DNA of 10,422 nucleotides, the filler included, from an uncultured virus (IMG/VR IMGVR_UViG_2049941000_000142) (Duplodnaviria; Heunggongvirae; Uroviricota; Caudoviricetes). It is 7 parts of one record of this genome, joined end to end, with 100 filler letters (N's around TTAATTAATTAA, not from the genome) between each part and the next. Parts side by side here need not be neighbours in the genome. Positions count along the whole stretch, not along the records: positions 1 to 1,048 come from IMGVR_UViG_2049941000_000142; positions 1,149 to 1,907 come from IMGVR_UViG_2049941000_000142; positions 2,008 to 3,520 come from IMGVR_UViG_2049941000_000142; positions 3,621 to 5,026 come from IMGVR_UViG_2049941000_000142; positions 5,127 to 6,175 come from IMGVR_UViG_2049941000_000142; positions 6,276 to 8,825 come from IMGVR_UViG_2049941000_000142; 1 more part is not named here. One strand, 5' to 3'. This document shows, piece by piece, positions 1 to 7,458 of the stretch. Both the position numbers and the translations under genes were made by a program. How positions within the stretch are numbered: position 1 is the stretch's first letter; each line of letters starts with the position of its first letter. The notes below the pieces were generated by a model that was not told the DNA's origin, made no database searches, and was given only the letters and a program-made list of their open reading frames with translations.

Positions 1-11
1 ATTTCGTGCGA

Positions 12-41
12 ATTATACCGTATAGACCTACGGTCAGTCAA
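12..41 (-). promoter_or_regulatory. Sigma-A/sigma70-type promoter pointing out of the left edge, with a palindromic operator in the spacer
   Basis: Minus strand reads TTGACT (41-36), an 18-nt spacer, then a perfect TATAAT (17-12). The inverted repeat ACCGTA-N6-TACGGT lies at 17-34. Confidence 0.7.
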
Positions 42-58
42 GTGCAGGATTCTGCACT
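41..58 (-). terminator. Short hairpin right after the helicase stop (possible weak terminator or second operator)
   Basis: Perfect 7-bp stem AGTGCAG-GATT-CTGCACT abutting the TGA at 58-60. No clear U-tract follows. Confidence 0.35.
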
Positions 59-543
59 CACCAACGCTCTCTGCTGAACGAGTGCCAGTACATATTGCCC
101 TGTTTCTTTTCCGAGCAAGTGATTCCGTCTTTCTCAAGAAGCCTATCCTGGATCTGGCTGAGGTGCGTCCGCATCGCCCTGGGTTTGGACGAGTAGGTTT
201 CATCCTTAGTCTGCTGTTCAACTGCACGAATGAGATCAGGAGTAGTTATGGTATAGACAGCTTCATTTACATCGGAGTTCTCCTGGTCAAGAATATCCTC
301 GGCTTCATCGAGGAAATGCACAATGGTTTTCACTACCGGATCATTGCGGTAAGCTGCGTCCTCTGCGGTCTCACGGACATCCTTCTCCTCGCCGAGGTTC
401 TCCCACCGGAGATTCATCTCATTGAACTGAATGATAAAGGACTTCGACCTGACGAAACGCCCGGTAATATTCAGAACAGTAGTAGGATCGTTCCTTGCTC
501 TTCTGGTCATTCCATAAATGAAGTCGGCAGCACCTGTGATTCC
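58..543 (-). CDS. C-terminal part of a RepA/AAA_25-like (RecA-fold) phage helicase, probably the end of a primase-helicase
   Basis: GITGAADFIYGMTRRARNDPTTVLNITGRFV...QFNEMNLRW resembles the late motifs of AAA_25 helicases (GxxGAAD...R...L.ITGR...F...W). Walker motifs would fall in the N gap. Stop TGA at 60-58. Confidence 0.65.
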   Translation of the reverse strand, partial: GITGAADFIYGMTRRARNDPTTVLNITGRFVRSKSFIIQFNEMNLRWENLGEEKDVRETAEDAAYRNDPVVKTIVHFLDEAEDILDQENSDVNEAVYTITTPDLIRAVEQQTKDETYSSKPRAMRTHLSQIQDRLLEKDGITCSEKKQGNMYWHSFSRERW

Positions 544-937
544 NNNNNNNNNNNNNNNNNNNNNNNNNNNNNNNNNNNNNNNNNNNNNNNNNNNNNNNNN
601 NNNNNNNNNNNNNNNNNNNNNNNNNNNNNNNNNNNNNNNNNNNNNNNNNNNNNNNNNNNNNNNNNNNNNNNNNNNNNNNNNNNNNNNNNNNNNNNNNNNN
701 NNNNNNNNNNNNNNNNNNNNNNNNNNNNNNNNNNNNNNNNNNNNNNNNNNNNNNNNNNNNNNNNNNNNNNNNNNNNNNNNNNNNNNNNNNNNNNNNNNNN
801 NNNNNNNNNNNNNNNNNNNNNNNNNNNNNNNNNNNNNNNNNNNNNNNNNNNNNNNNNNNNNNNNNNNNNNNNNNNNNNNNNNNNNNNNNNNNNNNNNNNN
901 NNNNNNNNNNNNNNNNNNNNNNNNNNNNNNNNNNNNN

Positions 938-1048
938 AGGACGCAACGGCTCTTGAGAAGATTCTTGTTTCGTTTATCGTCGGTAAACTCTCCGGCTACA
1001 TAACCGCCGATATCCTTGATCGCTGTCCTCTCCTCGTTGGTCATCGCC
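938..1048 (-). CDS. Internal N-proximal fragment of a phage primase domain (type usually found ahead of VapE/VirE-like helicases)
   Basis: AMTNEERTAIKDIGGYVAGEFTDDKRNKNLLKSRCV matches the conserved KDVGGFVGG...R....V..R...TLD block. The frame is open into the gap on both sides. Confidence 0.7.
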
Positions 1049-1148
1049 NNNNNNNNNNNNNNNNNNNNNNNNNNNNNNNNNNNNNNNNNNNNTTAATTAA
1101 TTAANNNNNNNNNNNNNNNNNNNNNNNNNNNNNNNNNNNNNNNNNNNN
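1049..1148. other. Artificial scaffold linker (44N + TTAATTAATTAA + 44N). The 12-mer recurs at 1093, 1952, 3565, 5071, 6220 and 8870.
   Basis: Identical all-frame stop 12-mer, always centred in exactly 100 nt and flanked by Ns. Assembly artefact, so order across these joins is not sequence-supported. Confidence 0.97.
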
Positions 1149-1490
1149 GTATGCCATCGGCTCCCACCCCAGATTGTAGATGTACCGATTAATCAGGATG
1201 TCTCTATAGAAGTCAGACAGAGAACAGTCCTCAATGAAAGAACGGATAAGTTCCCTACGCTCTGTCAGGAGACCCCACCATTTCTCGGTACTGCCATCAG
1301 CGTCAGCAAGGTTTGCGAGGACAGCATTGCGATCAGCACCACCACCGGACGGCATCCCGGTTATATGGGATGTAGTCTTGGTTGCCCTCTCGTACAACTC
1401 CATGTACTTCTCACGCTTCTCTCTGGTAATGCTGTTGTAAATACTGCCTGACCCTAAAAACTTTCTTATGTCTTGAGCATTAACTCGCAT
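1149..1490 (-). CDS. ArpU/RinA/DUF1492-like phage transcriptional regulator, 3' truncated by gap
   Basis: ERATKTTSHITGMPSGGG followed by a helical region and YRDILINRYIYNLGWEPMA, the lead-in to a sigma-region-4-like HTH. Confidence 0.65.
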
Positions 1491-1895
1491 AACTTTTTAA
1501 TACCATCCTCACCCCAGAAATGAAATGCCCGGTCATCTATATAGTAATGAGCCATGACTTTTNNNNNNNNNNTCCCACTCAAGTCCTTGCTCTGTACACC
1601 AGGAGAGTGCTTCGTTAAGCGAGCCACCACCACGGCAAGTCCAAAGGATCAGCTTCACACCGGACAGCTTTGCCATCTTAAGGACGGCAATCAGCTTCTC
1701 ATTAGGTTTCCCTATATTCGGAAACTGACTGCCGACTGTAAGAGTGCCATCGAAATCAACCGCCCAGATCGTCGGAAGCTTTTTATCCTCTTTCTTTTCT
1801 TTAGGCTTTCTGCTCCCCGGTTTAGGCGGATGCTTTAACTGCTGCCGGATGATAGGGTTATCCGTCATCGGTTTTACTGTCACCATCCGCAACAC
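1466..1895 (-). CDS. Small capless HAD-superfamily hydrolase/phosphatase (BT0820-like), spanning a 10-N gap
   Basis: Motif I WAVDFDGTL and motif II LILWTCR precede the gap. After it, a frame not used by the ORF track (1561-1466) reads KVMAHYYIDDRAFHFWGEDGIKKLCELMLKT*, supplying motifs III/IV (K...YIDD). Confidence 0.85.
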
Positions 1896-1987
1896 CTTTC
1901 TCCCACANNNNNNNNNNNNNNNNNNNNNNNNNNNNNNNNNNNNNNNNNNNNTTAATTAATTAANNNNNNNNNNNNNNNNNNNNNNNN

Positions 1988-2337
1988 NNNNNNNNNNNNN
2001 NNNNNNNACCATTAGCCACAAGCCGGATGCAGTTCCTCTGCCCATGCAAGGCTTTGGCTGCGAAATTCAAAGACGGATAGATCACTCCGTTCTCCACACA
2101 CAGCACAGCTTTTCTGGTCGGACTATGGATGCAACTCTTCAACCGCTCGTCATCTGTCCTTACACGGTTTCTTGCAGCCTGTGCTATATGCTCACGTATC
2201 GTTTCAAGTCTGGAGTTGAAATACATTCCGCCATCGCAAATGTTATATCCATGCTTCCGATCCTGTGTCTCAAAGGAAGCTATGTAATAAGTCTCAAGAA
2301 GATTCGCTTCATCGAGTGTTACATCTTCAGCCAGAAT
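1988..2337 (-). CDS. GIY-YIG homing endonuclease fragment with C-terminal NUMOD1-like DNA-binding domain (both ends in gaps)
   Basis: Extending the 1960..2226 ORF upstream in frame gives ILAEDVTLDEANLLETYYIASFETQDRKHGYNICDGG, with the catalytic E..YI helix and GYN...GG motif. Downstream, RKAVLCVENGVIYPSLNFAAKAL is NUMOD1-like. Confidence 0.8.
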
Positions 2338-2347
2338 NNNNNNNNNN

Positions 2348-2432
2348 TCAGCCGTTCGACAAGATCATCCCAGGTTAACTCAACGCTTTTACCCGTTGTG
2401 GAAAATCTGTTTTTAAATTCAGTAATAATCAT
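2348..2432 (-). CDS. Extreme N-terminus of the phage primase (not in the ORF track)
   Basis: ATG at 2432 overlaps the upstream TGA (ATGA). It reads MIITEFKNRFSTTGKSVELTWDDLVERL, the typical 'tW..lverL' start that precedes the KDxGG block. Confidence 0.6.
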
Positions 2433-2662
2433 ACGTTGCGACCTGCTCTCTTCTTCCTTTCGGACAAGTACCGCACCGCTTGCTTACCGTATTTCTTTTC
2501 TATCCTTTCTTTTGATACTTCCGGATTCCAGCCACAGCTATCACACGGAGCAGATGGGGCGAGTTCCCTTTCGGCATAAACACAGCCAACATTCCTGCAG
2601 AATTTACAAGAGGGGAATAAATCATACGGCCCTGACCACAACTTATCTACTTCATACTTCAT
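2429..2662 (-). CDS. Small Cys-rich phage protein (CxxCGWNP type)
   Basis: 77 aa with CKFC, GC and CDSCGWNP. ATGA overlaps at both ends. Confidence 0.7.
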   Translation of the reverse strand: MKYEVDKLWSGPYDLFPSCKFCRNVGCVYAERELAPSAPCDSCGWNPEVSKERIEKKYGKQAVRYLSERKKRAGRNV

Positions 2663-2982
2663 TCAGAGTACCACCCCCCATTGATTCCTTTAAGTTCCAT
2701 CCACTTCTGCAGGTTGCGGATACCACGCTCGGCTTTTTCAAGTCGAGCCTTTTCTTTTGCAAGCTTGTCTTCAAGAGACCGCTTCTCGCCATCAAGTATC
2801 TCAAGCATCCGTTTATACCGGAAAGCTTCGCTCATTAGTATATAGGTATCTTCTCTGTACCGCTCAAGTTCACGAATGATACCCCGCTGTTCTCTGTTCT
2901 CCTGCAACAACCTGGCAATGTCACGCTGCTGGCTTTCAATCGTCTCAAGCAGTACTTCCTTTTTTACTTCCTCAAGTTTCAT
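2659..2982 (-). CDS. Coiled-coil hypothetical protein
   Basis: E/K/R/L-rich heptad pattern. The likely start MKLEEVKK at 2982 overlaps the upstream TGA (ATGA). Confidence 0.7.
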   Translation of the reverse strand: MKLEEVKKEVLLETIESQQRDIARLLQENREQRGIIRELERYREDTYILMSEAFRYKRMLEILDGEKRSLEDKLAKEKARLEKAERGIRNLQKWMELKGINGGWYSE

Positions 2983-3191
2983 GGATAATCCCACCTACAC
3001 TGATATAGCATAAAGGCATCCGGATGTACTTTCCGTACATAACCAAGACCAAGCTGTTGACTCAGATTTGCTTTCTCGCAGAACTCNNNNNNNNNNGTCG
3101 GCGGACAACCTCTGCACTTCCCGGTTATAATAAGGTAGTCACAGGTCATTGTGGTAGGAGAGTAGAACACGCATCCAAACTTATGGCACAT
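2979..3191 (-). CDS. Small Cys-rich hypothetical protein, interrupted by a 10-N gap
   Basis: MCHKFGCVFY...CDYLIITGKCRGCPP. Start and stop both overlap the neighbouring genes. Confidence 0.6.
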   Translation of the reverse strand: MCHKFGCVFYSPTTMTCDYLIITGKCRGCPPXXXXEFCEKANLSQQLGLGYVRKVHPDAFMLYQCRWDYP

Positions 3192-3471
3192 AACAATCGC
3201 CGCCCTCTATCTCTCCGCCACAGGCGGCATACCCGGCGAGGTCTATCCAGTTGTCATATTTAGCGTGACCGGACGCTATCCTCGCAATCTTAAGAAGAGC
3301 CAGCATAGCTGCGACATCTTTCGAATCAAATTTGGTATCCTCTTCCAGACCGAGATAAGCAGACCACAAGTCCGCAATCCGCTGAAAGTTTGTTTCCGGC
3401 GTTCCATAGTCTGACTCACGTTCTCCGCATACGCAGACCTTCGCTCTGTCAAGAATCTCTGCTCTCGTCAT
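3181..3471 (-). CDS. DUF6378-like phage protein
   Basis: ERESDYGTPETNFQRIADLWSAYLG...DVAAMLALLKIARI...DNWIDLAGYAACGGE is the characteristic pattern. AAGGAG RBS upstream and ATGA overlap. Confidence 0.85.
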   Translation of the reverse strand: MTRAEILDRAKVCVCGERESDYGTPETNFQRIADLWSAYLGLEEDTKFDSKDVAAMLALLKIARIASGHAKYDNWIDLAGYAACGGEIEGGDCYVP

Positions 3472-3520
3472 ATATCAAGTATCTCCTTCTTATATTTACC
3501 TGTGAGATTAACCCAGTCGG
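3468..3520 (-). CDS. 3' end of a gene (...DWVNLTGKYKKEILDI*), possibly the end of the 3621-3953 gene
   Basis: Open frame from the gap to a TGA overlapping the ATG at 3471. Confidence 0.4.
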
Positions 3521-3620
3521 NNNNNNNNNNNNNNNNNNNNNNNNNNNNNNNNNNNNNNNNNNNNTTAATTAATTAANNNNNNNNNNNNNNNNNNNNNNNN
3601 NNNNNNNNNNNNNNNNNNNN

Positions 3621-3953
3621 GACAAAAGCCTGTCTGTCAATCTCGGAAGTAACAATAGTAGCTGGCGGAAGACCTAACTGTTTTCTGTACCGAAAAATTT
3701 TCGATACAGATATTCCGGTCTTCGCACTTATCTCCTTGTCATTTCCGCAGATAGCGTACACAGCAAGGACAGCTTTCTCTCCGGGCAGTAACGGACGATC
3801 GTAATCTATATCGTCCATATCGTATGGAGTCTTCACAGCAACACAGTTAATGCATACTCGCTTCGTACATGACAAACATTTTTGTATCTGATCCGAAGTA
3901 TCATGGATAAGATCTCCGTCTCCGGACTTATCTTTAAGTACTTTCTTTACCAT
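3621..3953 (-). CDS. Cys-cluster plus HTH protein, 3' truncated
   Basis: IQKCLSCTKRVCINC, then NDKEISAKTGISVSKIFRYRKQLGLP (HTH pattern). Starts 2 nt after the polymerase stop. Confidence 0.7.
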
Positions 3954-3955
3954 AC

Positions 3956-5026
3956 CTACTCTTTCCTATACGATGTGCAAAGGTATCCGTCCGCATTAAG
4001 AGGTAACCCTTCCATCCACGGCGCTCCTTTGCACATTAGCTTAATAATCTCATCGAGCATACCATCCTTCATGGGAGCAGTTATGATTACTTCGTCATGC
4101 ACTGTGGCACGTACATCATATCCGGCTCGGTCCAGGTTGAACAAAGCTTCTTTAAGGCAGTCTCTCGCCACAGCCTGGACACAGTTCTCGACAAGCTTAC
4201 CGCCGAAAGTCTCCGTCCTCTCCCACTTCTTCGTTGTCTGGATCTGAGTCATGTAAGTAAGAGATGCTCGGCCCCATCTGTCCTTGCCCATCTCTGCGCC
4301 CCAATAGGCTATCCGTCTGCCGGATGGAAGATTCATCCACAGCACTCCGTCCTCAAAATCAAACCGAATAGATCCTACTGTAGATTCTGTCGGCTCTTTC
4401 CTTTTAACACAACGGATGGCTGCAGACTCAATACTCTTCCAGAAAGCAACGATGTGGGGGGATGCGTTTCTCCATTTATCGACAAGGTCAATCATCTCTT
4501 CCTCAGTCATGGTCAGATGATACATGGATGTAAAGTTCAGCATTGCCCCTGTTGATCCACCATATCCGCAGGCGAGTTCAATGACCTTCCCGAATTTCCG
4601 ATACTCGCTGTTCTGTCCATGCTTCTCGACCGGGATACCAAACGCTCGTGAAGCCGACTCGCAGTAAATATCTTTTCCGGTAGCAAACGCATCCACTCGC
4701 CACTCCTCTCCGGCAAGCCACGCTATTACCCTTGCTTCGATTGCAGAGAAGTCCGCCACCGCAAGGGTCTGTCCGTCTTCCGGAATTATCATAGTGCGAA
4801 TGAGTGCAGACAATGCCGACTGAACACGAGGATACATACACTCAAAGTCTTCCTCGTCACCGAGCAGAGCAAGCATCCTGGCATCATCGAGATCCGGCAA
4901 TGTATCATGCGGTAGATTCTGAAGCTGTACAAGTCTCCCTGCCCATCTGCCGGTACCCGCTCCGTAGAACTGAAACGTACCTCGGACATGGTTATCCGCA
5001 CAGCATGATCTGAGAAACGCTTCATA
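3956..5026 (-). CDS. polA: Phage family A DNA polymerase, C-terminal polymerase domain
   Basis: In-frame extension of the 3956..4900 ORF gives YEAFLRSCCADNHVRGTFQFYGAGTGRWAGRLVQLQNLP. Motif A is ADFSAIEAR, motif B is RKFGKVIELACGYG, motif C is VHDE. Confidence 0.95.
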   Translation of the reverse strand, partial: YEAFLRSCCADNHVRGTFQFYGAGTGRWAGRLVQLQNLPHDTLPDLDDARMLALLGDEEDFECMYPRVQSALSALIRTMIIPEDGQTLAVADFSAIEARVIAWLAGEEWRVDAFATGKDIYCESASRAFGIPVEKHGQNSEYRKFGKVIELACGYGGSTGAMLNFTSMYHLTMTEEEMIDLVDKWRNASPHIVAFWKSIESAAIRCVKRKEPTESTVGSIRFDFEDGVLWMNLPSGRRIAYWGAEMGKDRWGRASLTYMTQIQTTKKWERTETFGGKLVENCVQAVARDCLKEALFNLDRAGYDVRATVHDEVIITAPMKDGMLDEIIKLMCKGAPWMEGLPLNADGYLCTSYRKE

Positions 5027-5126
5027 NNNNNNNNNNNNNNNNNNNNNNNNNNNNNNNNNNNNNNNNNNNNTTAATTAATTAANNNNNNNNNNNNNNNNNN
5101 NNNNNNNNNNNNNNNNNNNNNNNNNN

Positions 5127-5395
5127 CTTCATGGAGTCTCCTAATATCCGCTGCATCTTTTGCAGATAACTTTGATCGAGTTTGTCTTCCCTTAATCCGG
5201 ACAACATCTCTTTTATTTTCCGATACGGAATCATAACGGAGATTACAAACCCTATTGTCATGAGAGTCTCCATTAGTATGGCACACTTGCATCCCATCCG
5301 GCCTAGTTCCTAAAAACGCTAAGGCTACAAGGGAGTGTACATAAAAGGTCTTTCTATTTTCTTTATGGCCGATGTCCACTTGATAGTAGTTTCTC
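5127..5395 (-). CDS. HNH homing endonuclease fragment (HNH_3 type with C-terminal HTH), both ends in gaps
   Basis: FYVHSLVALAFLG.RPDGMQVCHTNGDSHDNRVCNLRYDSVSEN, then SKLSAKDAADIRRL. Hand-counted GC is about 41% versus about 48% in the adjacent polymerase sequence. Confidence 0.9.
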
Positions 5396-5405
5396 NNNNN
5401 NNNNN

Positions 5406-6126
5406 CAAGACCGGAGATCTCTTTCGCCTGTTCAATAAGCTTCTCACGATACTGATTCCCAATCCGGATAGCATTCTCTGCAAGCTTCGGCTCGATGCGG
5501 ACGCCCTTATCATTCATCCGCTGATCAAGACACCACAGCTTATGCTCCGAGTAATTAGGTCTCCACTTCAGAAGCTGCTCTCTTATGGTATTCTCAACCT
5601 CGACATCCCTGATGTTGTACTTGCAGAATGTTTCCCATTTGTCAGGAGCATGGGCAGGAAGATTGCGTGTTCTATGCCCATTAACTTTCGTGGGTCTGCA
5701 GGGAACACAGAAGTATCTGATCAGATCAGATCCCTCTTTCATCTTCGCTTTGTCTTCCGGCAAACCAAGAGCAGCACCTACGCCTTTCAGACTCATCGGC
5801 AATCCGCATGAAGCCGCAAGCACCATTGTGCAACTCCATTGCTCCGGTTCGCAGTATCTGCCGAGTGCTTTCGTCAGACACGTTCTTTCGAACGCAGCAT
5901 TGAATGCGGTCTTCTCTACATCCTTATCGTAGAGGTACTCAAGGATCTCTTCAGGGATATGCTCACCCTCGGCAAGCTTAACGATCTGCACAACACCATA
6001 GTCGCATGAGTAGGCGAACAGCAGTATCTCAAAGTCATCTGCTTCCACATATTTGTAAACCCCACAGGATATCAGATCAACAGAACTGAATGTCTCGATG
6101 TCTATGCTTAAAGTGTGTGGCTTCAT
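5406..6126 (-). CDS. polA: Phage family A DNA polymerase, N-terminal 3'-5' exonuclease domain
   Basis: ExoI SIDIET, ExoII AFNAAFER, ExoIII YNIRDVEVE, then LDQRMNDKGV. Ends at AKEISGL at a 10-N gap. Confidence 0.93.
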
Positions 6127-6276
6127 TTATCGTACCCGCATTGTGCCAGCGTATATCCTACGTGCTGAATATCGANNNNNNNNNNNNNNNNNNNNNNNNN
6201 NNNNNNNNNNNNNNNNNNNTTAATTAATTAANNNNNNNNNNNNNNNNNNNNNNNNNNNNNNNNNNNNNNNNNNNNA

Positions 6277-6551
6277 GAGCGTAACGGCTGTGCTACTTCT
6301 GCATCTACCTGTTGGTTGTAACTATCGAATCCATAAGAAACTACTATCATAGGAATGTAGCCACCACCCATGCCCATGCTTGCCGGAAGCGTAGTGCATA
6401 CTTCCGTATCTGTTATTGTCGCATGGTTCTGATTCGATTCAATGACTAGCACCTCGCTTCCCCCCCCATACGATCCGCCGGAAGCACGAAGTGATACAGA
6501 CTGATCGTCCTCGTACCATTCAAAGAATCTCTTCTCTGCATAACAGATCAT
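6277..6551 (-). CDS. Methyltransferase variable-region (TRD-like) module protein with its own start, 3' truncated
   Basis: AAGGAG at 6564-6559, 7 nt before the ATG at 6551. Modules SLRASGGSYGGGSEVLV, TTLPASMGMGGGYIPMIV and QPLRS. Confidence 0.75.
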
Positions 6552-6824
6552 CTTCTGTCTCCTTCAGTTGTTTGCGTTCTTTAACCAACTGCAACACACA
6601 CGGATACCCCTGTCCAGGCTTACCGCCATGCGTGGTAAGCTGATAAGCGATGTCGCTTACATAGACTCTTGCCTGCTGATTCTCATGCACAGAGTAGGCT
6701 TCAAGAATTAAGGGCGGATGTCCGTGATCTTCTGCTCTTAAAGTATGCGTGATATCCTCTGTGATATCCATCCGACCACCGCCCTGATCATTAAACACAA
6801 GCACGTTCAACCTCGACAAGAATG
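6520..6824 (-). CDS. Methyltransferase variable region (TRD-like modules), 3' part
   Basis: FNDQGGGRMDITEDITHTLRAEDHGHPPLI and YQLTTHGGKPGQGYPCV. Stop at 6520. Which upstream frame it joins cannot be determined across the 401-N gap. Confidence 0.75.
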
Positions 6825-7225
6825 NNNNNNNNNNNNNNNNNNNNNNNNNNNNNNNNNNNNNNNNNNNNNNNNNNNNNNNNNNNNNNNNNNNNNNNNNNNN
6901 NNNNNNNNNNNNNNNNNNNNNNNNNNNNNNNNNNNNNNNNNNNNNNNNNNNNNNNNNNNNNNNNNNNNNNNNNNNNNNNNNNNNNNNNNNNNNNNNNNNN
7001 NNNNNNNNNNNNNNNNNNNNNNNNNNNNNNNNNNNNNNNNNNNNNNNNNNNNNNNNNNNNNNNNNNNNNNNNNNNNNNNNNNNNNNNNNNNNNNNNNNNN
7101 NNNNNNNNNNNNNNNNNNNNNNNNNNNNNNNNNNNNNNNNNNNNNNNNNNNNNNNNNNNNNNNNNNNNNNNNNNNNNNNNNNNNNNNNNNNNNNNNNNNN
7201 NNNNNNNNNNNNNNNNNNNNNNNNN

Positions 7226-7458
7226 GGTATCTCCGACGACCATTCCTTCAGGGGGCCATCCGTCTTTAGGTACAGAAAGACCGGGCGCTTCCGGCTCAAC
7301 GACTCTAATGGATTCCTCAAGGACTTCTCTGAAGTCTTCTCCGTTGTGGCTGGAGAATATTCCGGGCACGTTCTCAAGGATTGTGAATCTCGGACGCACC
7401 CAGCTTCTAGCGTTTCGAACAGATTGATCTGTCCTTCGTAGTTGTTTATCATGCTCAC
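7226..7458 (-). CDS. Nested alternate-frame ORF inside the methyltransferase gene (candidate beta polypeptide)
   Basis: AAGGAG at 7468-7463 precedes GTG 7458 and ATG 7452. MINNYEGQINLFETLEAG...RTCPEYSPATTEKTSEKS...PVFLYLKTDG is open for about 77 codons up to the gap. Confidence 0.6.

Noticed and set aside
4789..5025. 78-aa ORF MKRFSDHAV...
   Set aside because: Wrong frame. The same DNA encodes the conserved polA block RGTFQFYGAGTGRWAGRLVQLQNLP.
5071..6126. A genuine exonuclease-HNH fusion protein as given by the ORF track
   Set aside because: The in-frame join runs through a placeholder 10-N gap, so frame continuity is not evidence.
6520..7458. Single 312-aa protein joining the nested ORF to the TRD-like modules
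   Set aside because: The join crosses a 401-N gap of estimated size. The modules more plausibly continue the catalytic frame or a separate gene.
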